A stretch of 60,486 nucleotides of DNA, the filler included, from a bacterium UBP13_UBA5359 (GTDB lineage: Bacteria; UBP13; UBA5359): assembly GCA_002410925.1 (NCBI GenBank). It is 4 parts of 4 records of this genome, joined end to end, with 100 filler letters (N's around TTAATTAATTAA, not from the genome) between each part and the next. Parts side by side here need not be neighbours in the genome. Positions count along the whole stretch, not along the records: positions 14,117 to 39,776 come from DHPR01000039.1; positions 39,877 to 50,919 come from DHPR01000001.1; 2 more parts are not named here. One strand, written 5' to 3'. Numbering within the stretch: the stretch's first letter is position 1; every line of letters starts with the position of its first letter. Below, in pieces: positions 32,139 through 40,530 of the stretch. The position numbers and the translations under genes were made by a program. The notes below the pieces were generated by a model. It worked only from the letters and a program-made list of their open reading frames with translations. It did not search any database and had not been told where the DNA came from.

Positions 32139-32493
32139 ATGCCCAGGCAGGCCAGACTGGATGCACCAGGAATGCTTCACCATGTAATGGTGAGAGGCAT
32201 CGAGCAGGGCAAGTAAAAAGCATACCCGAACTATACAGGATTTGATAAAGAGAAGACAAGAAATAGAGATAGAAATAGAGAATACTTGCGAGCAGGCAGG
32301 AATAACTATCTTCGAACCGAGAGCCGGCAGCAGGCGAAGGCCGGTATCCAGGGTCAGAAGGGAATTGGTCTACAGGCTGGCAGGTGGTTACGGCATGCCG
32401 CTGCCGATGCCGAAAGCGGGACGTGAATTGGGCGTTTCCGTTTATATGGATCGAGCTTGGATACGCTCTTTTCTTTCTGATTTCACCTCCTGA
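32139..32493 (+). pseudogene. Internally deleted RAYT/Y1 (IS200-like) transposase
   Basis: MPRQARLDAPGMLHHVMVRGIEQG N-terminus joined to a C-terminal HTH remnant (GSRRRPVSRVRRELVY..RELGVS); catalytic core absent. Confidence 0.8.
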
Positions 32494-32629
32494 AGTCTTT
32501 CAACTACAAGGATAGTGATTAATTCTGGTGCCTGCAATGGCTTTTGCATTTGTGGGGATTTTATCGTTGCAAAAGTGGGGAATTCTCTTTGTAACTTTGT
32601 CCCTTTTTATTTTGCACTAAACACCCTAT

Positions 32630-32812
32630 TATGCAAATGCTTCGTAGCTTGTTTGCCTTTCTAACATGGAGAACCTGAATGCAGTATTCATTGCAGACGG
32701 AATGCCTCAGTCGGAACGCCTTAAAAAATTGAACATAATTGCAATCAGTCAGATGAAACTGTCGACGGACGATCACAGAATAATAGCTCTAGATGAAAAA
32801 AGTCAGGATTAA
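32630..32812 (+). pseudogene. C-terminal remnant of a KilA-N domain-containing protein
   Basis: YANAS*LVCLSNMENLNAVFIADGMPQSERLKKLNIIAISQMK resembles the conserved tail of that family (recognised from memory); internal TAG. Confidence 0.6.
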
Positions 32813-32830
32813 ACGAAAAAGCACGAGGAG

Positions 32831-32933
32831 AAAAGCATAGCAACCGTAAAACAAAATGTTGTGCGGCTGCTATTTTGGCTCTAATACTACAAATTAAATA
32901 TTTCAATCCACAGGGCGTTTCCCTTAAAGCGAT
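32831..32933 (-). ncRNA. Putative crRNA-like regulatory RNA: solitary type I-C repeat, promoter-matching spacer and terminator hairpin
   Basis: Minus strand ATCGCTTTAAGGGAAACGCCCTGTGGATTGAAAT then ATTTAATTTGTAGTATT (identical to 32976-32992, preceded by TTC). Confidence 0.75.
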
Positions 32934-32960
32934 AATAACATAAAAGGCTCCGTCGAGCAA
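32932..32960 (-). promoter_or_regulatory. Putative promoter for the crRNA-like RNA
   Basis: Minus strand TTGCTC-17 bp-TATTAT with TG extension. Confidence 0.5.
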
Positions 32961-32990
32961 GAAGGCAATAAATTCATTTAATTTGTAGTA

Positions 32991-33019
32991 TTGACAAATG
33001 GGAAAGAAGATCATATAGT
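32991..33019 (+). promoter_or_regulatory. cas operon sigma70 promoter
   Basis: TTGACA-17 bp-TATAGT; AAAGGAG RBS at 33063-33069. Confidence 0.75.
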
Positions 33020-33076
33020 AAAAATATCAGAAAATCAGCCGAGCGCTCTGATTATCAAAAAGAAAGGAGTGGTCAT

Positions 33077-33682
33077 GTGGTCGAAAAAGTCTATCCTATC
33101 TCTTTTGAAATTGCCGGTCAGGCTGCCATGTTTACAAGGCCTGATACAGGCTCCTCCCCGGTATCGTATCCCGCGCCTACCAAATCCGCATTGAAAAGCA
33201 TGTTCGAGTGTGTTGTTATGTCCAAGGAAGCCTATTTTGAGCCTCAAAAGATTGAGATTTGCTCTCCGATCGTATTCCATAAGTATTCCACCAATTATGG
33301 CGGTCCTTTGCGAAAAAATGGAACAGGGAATTTTCAGCTTTTTGCGACGGTTTTGGAGAATGTCTGCTACAAAGTATACGGAATCATCAAGGCATATCAA
33401 GCGCCTCACAGTGATAATAACCCACAGCACAAGCTTCAAGAAGTATTCCTTCGGCGGATAGAATCAGGACAGTTTCATACGACCGTTTTCCTTGGCTGGA
33501 AGGAGTTTACCCCTTCTTATTTTGGCCCATTGCGGAAGAATACCTCGGTTGATTCCTCCATCAATCTCATAATCCCTTCCATGCTTTCAACAATGTATAG
33601 TCGCCCTACGGAAGGCAGCCTATCACCGATTTTTATACAGAACGTGGAAATCTGCAAGGGGGTGATGTTCTATGCTCAATGA
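33077..33682 (+). CDS. cas5: CRISPR-associated Cas5 (type I-C-like)
   Basis: IAGQAAMFTRPD..VSYPAPTKSA N-terminus; RR..GQ..FLGWKEF C-terminus. Confidence 0.9.
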   Translation: MVEKVYPISFEIAGQAAMFTRPDTGSSPVSYPAPTKSALKSMFECVVMSKEAYFEPQKIEICSPIVFHKYSTNYGGPLRKNGTGNFQLFATVLENVCYKVYGIIKAYQAPHSDNNPQHKLQEVFLRRIESGQFHTTVFLGWKEFTPSYFGPLRKNTSVDSSINLIIPSMLSTMYSRPTEGSLSPIFIQNVEICKGVMFYAQ

Positions 33683-35822
33683 ACTTTATGAGCTCAGTAG
33701 ATCACTGGAACGTCACGGCCTCTTACAATCCACCACCCATCCCGATGTCGGCAATGTCGGCAAGGGATATTGCCTTCTGGTTGAACTTGATGATAACGGA
33801 ACGCCTCGGGGCCTTCGAATTCTGCAAAAGAAACAGACTGCCACGCTTTGGAAGCACAGCAAGGGAAATCATAACAGCTTCCCCGCGATTCGCACGCAAA
33901 AACCTCTACTGTCGGCTAGTGAGAGCAAAAAAATTGGCGATGACGCATGGGAAAAAGCAAAGCTATCCGAGAAGCTGATGCTGCTGTCCAAGCTGGATTA
34001 TTCTTCTATCAATCCAGAATGCACCGATGTTAAAATTTCAGAGTGGTCGGCAAAACAATTGGAACCGGTTTTGGCTTCGGAGCAGCCGGAGTTGGCCGCG
34101 CTGAAGCAACTGATTTCTGTGTTCCCTCGGGAAGAAAAGCAGTCTATTTTTATTCAGAATCTTACGCAGCTTCTCCGGCAGGAAATTCTGCGATGCGGGC
34201 AGGAGGATTTGCTTGACTTGATCAAAATACTGCTGATCGGCACTTACGAATCAAAAAACGGAAAATATATCGCCGGCTGCATGACTTATTATGATATGTA
34301 TGAAACCAGGAAGTACGAAAATCTGGTACTTTCATCTGAAACGCAGCGTGCTCTGATCCAACTTCTCAATAGCAAGCACGTCGAAGAAGGTTCCGAGCAA
34401 CAAGCAGCCACTATCATCTCCCCCTTTTCGGGTACTAAAGCTGTGGGAGTCGGAGATAAGTATCCAAACCCCAATATCCCTCTGCTGGGCCTCACTTACC
34501 TGTACTCCAAGAAATCCGATACTCCATGCCTTACCCGCTATACTATGACCGGTACGAAGGCTTTTCAGGCCGGAACAAATGAAATCCGTGCCATCAACGA
34601 CGCCCTTGCGTTTCTGACGGACGATTCCAGAAAAGGCAGGTCATGGCAAGCTATGAGCGATAGTAATCGCGAAAAACCGAACCTGCTGCTGGCCTATCTG
34701 CCGGAAGACCCGCAAAACAATGCTTATCTGGCCAAAATCCTTGGCGACCCATCCGATTCTGATGATCCGGAAGAATATCGGGAAAGGGCAGAGGTTGTTT
34801 ATGAAGTGCTGTGCAAACAGGTGCTTGGAAGCCTTGAGGACGTTTTGCGCAAGAATCCAAATACAAAAGTCAATCTGATCCTTTTGGAAACGCTGGATGC
34901 GGGAAGAAAGCAGGTTGTGTATGAAACCTTCTTTACAGCAGAGCGACTTCGCGAAAACCTGCTCACATGGAAGGCCGCGTCTCAAAACACTCCGCCCATA
35001 GAGATAAGAGTCCGAGATAAAAAAGGGAACATTCTTATAAAGCCGATTTGCCCCACACCCAGCAAAATCTGCCAGCTGTTTAAAATTAACTATATCCAAT
35101 CCGGCTCTGGAAAGCCAATGAAGCAAAGCGACGCCTCGCTTCACGAGATATATCGTCTCTATATGCCGGATTTGCAGACGGATCGTTCCCAACTGGTAGA
35201 GCGGTTTTTTCAGCTGACCGTACAAAAGAGTCGTTGGCTGCTGGGAGATATGGCATATCAACTGATTGTAGATTATGTACTGCCACCCACAAAGCAATCC
35301 CGAACACAGGCAAGGCAGGCCGCCATGTTTGCGTCATTGCTTTCTATTTTGCTTTATTTGACAGGAATCAGAAAGGAGAATTATATGTTGGATGTACCTT
35401 TTAACGTAGGGCAGTTTTTGAAACTGGCAGACATGCTACACAAGGAGTACTGTGTTCAGGTCAGAAACAGCGGGGATAAACAGGCTTCACTCCCAGCGCA
35501 ACTTATAGGAAACGAAATGCTGGCAATTATTTCAGAGAATCCCGTGGAGGGACTTAACCGCCTGTGTGACAGGATGAAGATCTATCTTGCATGGGCAGAG
35601 AGCGCCATCGGTGAAAATGCCGGACTGGCAAAATGGATCCTCGCCCGTTTTGAGGAAGTCAGCATGAAAATTGTGGCTGCGAAAAGTGAACTTCCAGAGC
35701 AGTTCAGCCCCGCTCAGCAGGTCCAGGTGTTTTTGGGATATCTAGCCGTTATCCCATACAAAAAGAAGGAGAAGAACTCCTTAAATAAACCGAATATGAA
35801 GGAGAAGAACAGCAATGAGTGA
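33672..35822 (+). CDS. cas8c: Divergent Cas8c-like large subunit
   Basis: Position between cas5 and cas7; C-terminal PFNVGQFL..QQVQVFLGY helical domain typical of Cas8c/Cas11. Confidence 0.7.
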   Translation: MLNELYELSRSLERHGLLQSTTHPDVGNVGKGYCLLVELDDNGTPRGLRILQKKQTATLWKHSKGNHNSFPAIRTQKPLLSASESKKIGDDAWEKAKLSEKLMLLSKLDYSSINPECTDVKISEWSAKQLEPVLASEQPELAALKQLISVFPREEKQSIFIQNLTQLLRQEILRCGQEDLLDLIKILLIGTYESKNGKYIAGCMTYYDMYETRKYENLVLSSETQRALIQLLNSKHVEEGSEQQAATIISPFSGTKAVGVGDKYPNPNIPLLGLTYLYSKKSDTPCLTRYTMTGTKAFQAGTNEIRAINDALAFLTDDSRKGRSWQAMSDSNREKPNLLLAYLPEDPQNNAYLAKILGDPSDSDDPEEYRERAEVVYEVLCKQVLGSLEDVLRKNPNTKVNLILLETLDAGRKQVVYETFFTAERLRENLLTWKAASQNTPPIEIRVRDKKGNILIKPICPTPSKICQLFKINYIQSGSGKPMKQSDASLHEIYRLYMPDLQTDRSQLVERFFQLTVQKSRWLLGDMAYQLIVDYVLPPTKQSRTQARQAAMFASLLSILLYLTGIRKENYMLDVPFNVGQFLKLADMLHKEYCVQVRNSGDKQASLPAQLIGNEMLAIISENPVEGLNRLCDRMKIYLAWAESAIGENAGLAKWILARFEEVSMKIVAAKSELPEQFSPAQQVQVFLGYLAVIPYKKKEKNSLNKPNMKEKNSNE
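35385..35822 (+). CDS. cas11: Putative internally initiated Cas11 small subunit (145 aa)
   Basis: AAAGGAG 6 nt upstream of an in-frame ATG at the start of the C-terminal domain. Confidence 0.65.
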   Translation: MLDVPFNVGQFLKLADMLHKEYCVQVRNSGDKQASLPAQLIGNEMLAIISENPVEGLNRLCDRMKIYLAWAESAIGENAGLAKWILARFEEVSMKIVAAKSELPEQFSPAQQVQVFLGYLAVIPYKKKEKNSLNKPNMKEKNSNE

Positions 35823-36690
35823 AATCATCAACAGAGGGACAGGCCTGCTTTTAATTGATGTGACCAATTCAAACCCCAACGGGGATCCCGACCGCGAAAA
35901 CGATCCCCGAACCAGGCAAGACGGACGGGGAGAGATTTCTCCGGTCTCTTTTAAGAGGAAGCTGCGCGATCTGGTGGAAGCCAAGGATTCGCCTCTTTGG
36001 AAGGAATTGGCGGAAGAGCTGAATTTGCCGGAAGAAGGCTTCGGTATATTTGAAACCAACACGGTGAAATTTGCCGACTTGATCAATATGAAGACCGAAG
36101 ATTTTCTCAGCCAGTATTGGGACGCTCGAGTGTTTGGAGCTACAGTGCTAGAAAAAAAAGATGATGACAGTAAAAACAAGCACATTGCTTCCGGCGTAGT
36201 TCAGTTTGGATTAGGCGTTTCTGTCGATCCTGTTAAAATTGAACGTCTTTCAACTACTAAAGTCATAAACGAAGGGGAAAACAAAAGCAAAAAAATGGGA
36301 CCACTCGCATACCGAGTTATCTCCTATGGCTTGTATGCTATGCCGTTTTTTATCAATGCAACGGCGGCGCAAAAAACTCGTTGCACGAAAAAAGATATTG
36401 AACTGCTTCTGCGGCTGATCCCCCATGCGTACAAAGAGACAGCCTCATATGTTCGTCCGCAGGTGGATATCCGATACGCATTCTATGTGGAGCATAACCG
36501 CGCTCGTGGTACTTATAACGATTTTCGCATCATCGAGGCGCTTACCCCCGTTCGAATAGCGGGTGGAACCGGCCCGGCTACATCCTGGAAAGAGTATGAT
36601 GAAGCGGCGTTTCAACAAAGTATCGCACAGCTCAATGAAAAGCTGGACGGAAAAACCGCCCCCGTGGCGGATCTGACGGAAACTTTATGA
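35815..36690 (+). CDS. cas7: CRISPR-associated Cas7 (Csd2-like)
   Basis: NSNPNGDPD..PR, SFKRKLRD, WDARVFGAT, GVVQFG. Confidence 0.92.
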   Translation: MSEIINRGTGLLLIDVTNSNPNGDPDRENDPRTRQDGRGEISPVSFKRKLRDLVEAKDSPLWKELAEELNLPEEGFGIFETNTVKFADLINMKTEDFLSQYWDARVFGATVLEKKDDDSKNKHIASGVVQFGLGVSVDPVKIERLSTTKVINEGENKSKKMGPLAYRVISYGLYAMPFFINATAAQKTRCTKKDIELLLRLIPHAYKETASYVRPQVDIRYAFYVEHNRARGTYNDFRIIEALTPVRIAGGTGPATSWKEYDEAAFQQSIAQLNEKLDGKTAPVADLTETL

Positions 36691-38840
36691 TTCCGCTTGC
36701 ACACAGTGCCCGAGGCGGCAGGCCGGCACAATCCTACCGTGCCCATGTACGCGGGGTAATCAAAAAGGTGCACGAAAATTTGGAGGCAATAGCTCCGTAT
36801 ATCGCCAAAGAGAAGGCTGAGCTTTATGGAGAGATTCTGAATCCGGCGGCAGTGCTTCATGATGTGGGCAAGCTGGCAGGGGAAAATCAAGATGTCCTTT
36901 ACGGAAAGAAACAAGCGAAAAGGCTTCCAATTGAGCATCGGGACGCAGGTGCAAAATATTTGTTGAGAGACCAGCCGGAATGTCCGGAGGCTACTCTGGT
37001 ATACTCGCATCACCGCCCGGGACTGCCGAATATGTCTGCGCAAAAAATTGCAGATTCGCCTTTCCGTTTTTTGACCGCCATGTCCGACACTGACAAAAAC
37101 CTCTGCAAATATCTGCAAATTCATGCTGAAGAGATTGGCAAGCTTCCGCCACCCACTGATAAAAAAGCGGCAAAGCTTTCAGCACTAGAATACCGCATTC
37201 TGCTGAGCTGTCTGGTGGACGCCGACTATTCGGATACAGCCGGTGAACAGCCGGCAGGTGCGGAAGCGCGCTGGGAAGAACGGGGGCTTCGATTGGACAG
37301 GTATGTTCAGAACTTGCAAGATCACGCAGAGCAAGAGAGCGAACGCAGCCGTCTGCGTAACTTTCTCTATTACAACTGCAAAGGCACCGCAACAGACGCC
37401 GTGATGGAATACTGCGACAGTCCTGTAGGTACAGGGAAAACCACGGCAGTCATGGCGCATATGCTAAAGGCTGCGCAGGCGCATCATCTGCGGCACATTT
37501 TCGTGGTATTGCCATACACCAATATCATCTCCCAGACGGTGGAGGTACTCAGGAAAGCTGTTGTGCTGGACGATGAGGATCCTGAAGAAGTTATGGCCGA
37601 GCACCATCATCAGGCGGATTTTGAGAATCTCGAGTATCGGCGTCTGGCGGCGACCTGGACAGCTCCCATTATTGTCACCACGGCGGTTCAATTCTTTGAG
37701 ACGTTGGCCGGAAATCTTCCGGCTAAGCTGCGCAAGCTGCACCAGCTTCCAGGCAGCGGCGTCATTTTTGATGAGTACCACGCCGCTTTGCCTGCCGGTC
37801 TGATGCTGCCCGCATGGAAATGGATGACCGAACTCGCATCTCGATGGACATGCCGTATCTGTATGTGTTCCGCCACAACGGTAAAATTCTGGGAGAATCC
37901 TGCCTTTCAAAAACAGGCTCGGCTGTGTGCCTTACCCTTGCTGCCTCCAGGGATTTTGGAAAACCTGAACGTCTTTGAGCAATCAAGGATTGACCTGAAT
38001 GCATGGAGTGGCAGTATTCCGCATTTTCATGGAGCGGCGGAACTTGTGACATACCTGAATAATTATCATGGTTCTAAAATCGTCGTGCTGAACACCGTCC
38101 AATCCGCCGCATCTTTTGCCCAATTTTTACGTCAGCAGGGATGCGATGTATTGCATCTTTCCTCTGCCCTCACACCGGAGGATAAAGAATGCACGATGGC
38201 CGAGATTGAGCGAAGGCTGTGTTCCCAATCGGAATCCCTCAAAGATTGGACGCTGGTGGCCACAAGCTGCGTAGAATGCGGTATGGATTTTTCATTCCGC
38301 TACGGCTTTTGCGAGCTGTGTTCCCTGCAAAGTTACATTCAGTTGAGCGGGCGTATTCGTAGAAACAGCGAGAAAGAATATGGGGATGCAGTGCTGGTTG
38401 CATTTACGATTGCAGAGGACAATTTCACTGCTAATCCAAGCTTCAAAGATTCAAAACATGTATTTGAGAAAATGATTTCTTCCGGAAGGCTTCCTGCCCT
38501 ATCCATCACCGAAGCGATCACGGAAGCATTTCAAGAGGAATGCAAGATGCGCGGGGTATTGTTGGAAGAGATCTGCAAAGCCGATCGCCTACACGAATTT
38601 GAAATCGTTGCCCAAAAGTTTCGTGTGATTGACGAAGAAACGATGACCGTTGTGGCCGGAAAAACGCTTATCGCAAAAATTCAAGCAGGTGAACAGGTTT
38701 CCTCCAAAGAGTTTCAAAGAGGCAGCGTCAACCTTCGCAAGAGTGTTTTGACCCGACTTGGGCTGTCCGACAGCGAATTACCTATGCTTTCAGATTTGCA
38801 GTATGACGCCTTTCTCGGATATATGAAGGATCTGATATAA
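36687..38840 (+). CDS. cas3: Cas3 HD nuclease-SF2 helicase
   Basis: LAHS, LHDVGK, SCLVDAD, PVGTGKT, DEYH, SAT, QLSGRIRR. Confidence 0.92.
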   Translation: MIPLAHSARGGRPAQSYRAHVRGVIKKVHENLEAIAPYIAKEKAELYGEILNPAAVLHDVGKLAGENQDVLYGKKQAKRLPIEHRDAGAKYLLRDQPECPEATLVYSHHRPGLPNMSAQKIADSPFRFLTAMSDTDKNLCKYLQIHAEEIGKLPPPTDKKAAKLSALEYRILLSCLVDADYSDTAGEQPAGAEARWEERGLRLDRYVQNLQDHAEQESERSRLRNFLYYNCKGTATDAVMEYCDSPVGTGKTTAVMAHMLKAAQAHHLRHIFVVLPYTNIISQTVEVLRKAVVLDDEDPEEVMAEHHHQADFENLEYRRLAATWTAPIIVTTAVQFFETLAGNLPAKLRKLHQLPGSGVIFDEYHAALPAGLMLPAWKWMTELASRWTCRICMCSATTVKFWENPAFQKQARLCALPLLPPGILENLNVFEQSRIDLNAWSGSIPHFHGAAELVTYLNNYHGSKIVVLNTVQSAASFAQFLRQQGCDVLHLSSALTPEDKECTMAEIERRLCSQSESLKDWTLVATSCVECGMDFSFRYGFCELCSLQSYIQLSGRIRRNSEKEYGDAVLVAFTIAEDNFTANPSFKDSKHVFEKMISSGRLPALSITEAITEAFQEECKMRGVLLEEICKADRLHEFEIVAQKFRVIDEETMTVVAGKTLIAKIQAGEQVSSKEFQRGSVNLRKSVLTRLGLSDSELPMLSDLQYDAFLGYMKDLI

Positions 38841-39170
38841 AAATCTAATTAAATCGATGAGAGGTATCTGATTTATGAAAAGTACTTAATCTTTGGCTGT
38901 CAAATCTGACTTATCAGTTTGACCATGAGCGTTATATGGGCTGAGTGTTGGCATCTATATTCATCTAACTTTCCAAATCAAATCCATCATTGACAAAAAA
39001 TATTTTCACCAGACGGCTTTATTTGGCCTTGAAATGCCTGAAAAAGTGATCTTCGAAAATCTTCGGGAATCGCGGTTACAATTTTTGGGACTATCGTCGT
39101 TAATTTTTGTCTCATGCCGATGCTTGAAACTGGAAGTATTTTTTTATAACCATTTGGTTTTTTGCGCTTG

Positions 39171-39591
39171 TTCGATCTGACTTTAATCGCCAGAGCATCC
39201 ACTAGCACGAAAGGGTACTCCTGCCCGCTAAGATCTCTTCCGTTCCAGACTTCCACCAGCGGGTCCAGCTTCTTGTATAGATGAGATACCGTTGATTTGG
39301 GGAACTCTGTTCCGCATAACTCCTCGACAATGGTATTGACCTTACAGATGGACACTTCGCTGACCGCCCTCTCTATCAAAGACAGTACCAGAGCTTGTTC
39401 GCTTCTTTGTATTCTCTTGAACAGCTCCGAAGAGAAGCTACCGTTTCTCAACTCTGGAATACTCAACTTCCGGCTGCGATAGCCGTTACGATACCCTGGT
39501 CTGTTTTTGTCCTTTCATAAGGCGTAGCCCCGACGTATTCTTGTGCCGAGCCGGCAATATCTGGTTTAGCACATTTTTCAACAGCCTGGCC
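39171..39591 (-). pseudogene. IS256-family transposase remnant (frameshifted, truncated)
   Basis: ARLLKNVLNQIL, IPELRNGSFSSELF, RSEQALV, VEELCGTEFPKSTVS, YPFVLVDA. Confidence 0.82.
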
Positions 39592-39671
39592 GAACGCGTA
39601 GGGGACATACGCCTATTGCAATCATGGTGGCATAGTGGTATAAAGCCTGGCCGAACGCGTAGGGGACATAC
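39583..39671 (+). repeat. Two exact 28-bp direct repeats separated by 33 bp
   Basis: AGCCTGGCCGAACGCGTAGGGGACATAC at 39583-39610 and 39644-39671. Confidence 0.9.
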
Positions 39672-39677
39672 ATTAAC

Positions 39678-39776
39678 TAATTTGATAAGTGAATTATTAT
39701 AGCGCAACAAAGCAAGTGCTAAGGAGCAGTAACAGTGCCCAGGCAGGCCAGGCTGGATGCACCAGGGATGCTTCAT
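39678..39776 (+). mobile_element. Second copy of RAYT transposase 5' region, cut by contig end
   Basis: Near-identical to 32081-32179; GTG CCC AGG CAG GCC AGG CTG GAT GCA CCA. Confidence 0.8.
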
Positions 39777-39876
39777 NNNNNNNNNNNNNNNNNNNNNNNN
39801 NNNNNNNNNNNNNNNNNNNNTTAATTAATTAANNNNNNNNNNNNNNNNNNNNNNNNNNNNNNNNNNNNNNNNNNNN
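39777..39876. other. Artificial contig-join linker
   Basis: N run with TTAATTAATTAA. Confidence 0.95.
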
Positions 39877-39903
39877 CCGGCTCAGGCCGAGGAGGAAGAG
39901 TGA

Positions 39904-40530
39904 GTGTTAGGACGGAGTTTGCGTAAGTATTTTCTTACGGGATTAGGCATATTGCTGCCATTGGTTATCACGGTTTACGTTATAACCGTAGTCTTTTCTC
40001 TGATAGGCGGGCCGCTGGGGCGCATCTTTGCTCTTTTTCATCTGCCACCTTTTCTGGCTACGCCGGCCGGGTTTATTACCACGCTGGCATTGATAGCGGC
40101 AGTCGGCTTTATTGCTACCAATGTTTTCGGGCGCCAATTACTGCTGACGATAGAAACGGTGCTGAACGGTTTGCCTTTGGCAAAGAATGTTTATGCGCCT
40201 ACCAAGCAGTTGGTGGAGTTTCTCTTTTCAGATAAAACAGCAGCATTCAAGCGAGTGGCCTTAGTGGAATATCCGCGTAAGGGTGTTTATACCATAGGCT
40301 TTATTACCGGCGACGGCATAGAGGAGATAAAGCAGAAAAAAGAGGCCGATATAGTGAGCGTTTTTCTGCCAACCACCCCAAATCCTACCTCGGGCTGGCT
40401 TGTATTGTTGCCGCGTGATGAAGTTATGCTGCTGGAAATGACTGTTGAAGACGGCTTGAAATTTGTTGTTTCCGGCGGTGTTCTATCGCCTTCGTGGAAG
40501 TCGTCAGCGAGAAGCATTGCCGTAGATTAA
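39904..40530 (+). CDS. DUF502 membrane protein
   Basis: FLTGL..LLPLVIT, VEYPRKG, FLPTTPNPTSG. Confidence 0.9.
   Translation: MLGRSLRKYFLTGLGILLPLVITVYVITVVFSLIGGPLGRIFALFHLPPFLATPAGFITTLALIAAVGFIATNVFGRQLLLTIETVLNGLPLAKNVYAPTKQLVEFLFSDKTAAFKRVALVEYPRKGVYTIGFITGDGIEEIKQKKEADIVSVFLPTTPNPTSGWLVLLPRDEVMLLEMTVEDGLKFVVSGGVLSPSWKSSARSIAVD

Noticed and set aside
32883-32992. 17-bp inverted repeat read as MITE ends or a simple operator
   Set aside because: One arm abuts an I-C repeat end and the other a TTC PAM and the -35 box, so spacer/protospacer explains it better; no target duplication seen
38841-39170. Expected CRISPR array downstream of cas3
   Set aside because: No repeated units or ATTGAAA motif found by eye; only a small hairpin
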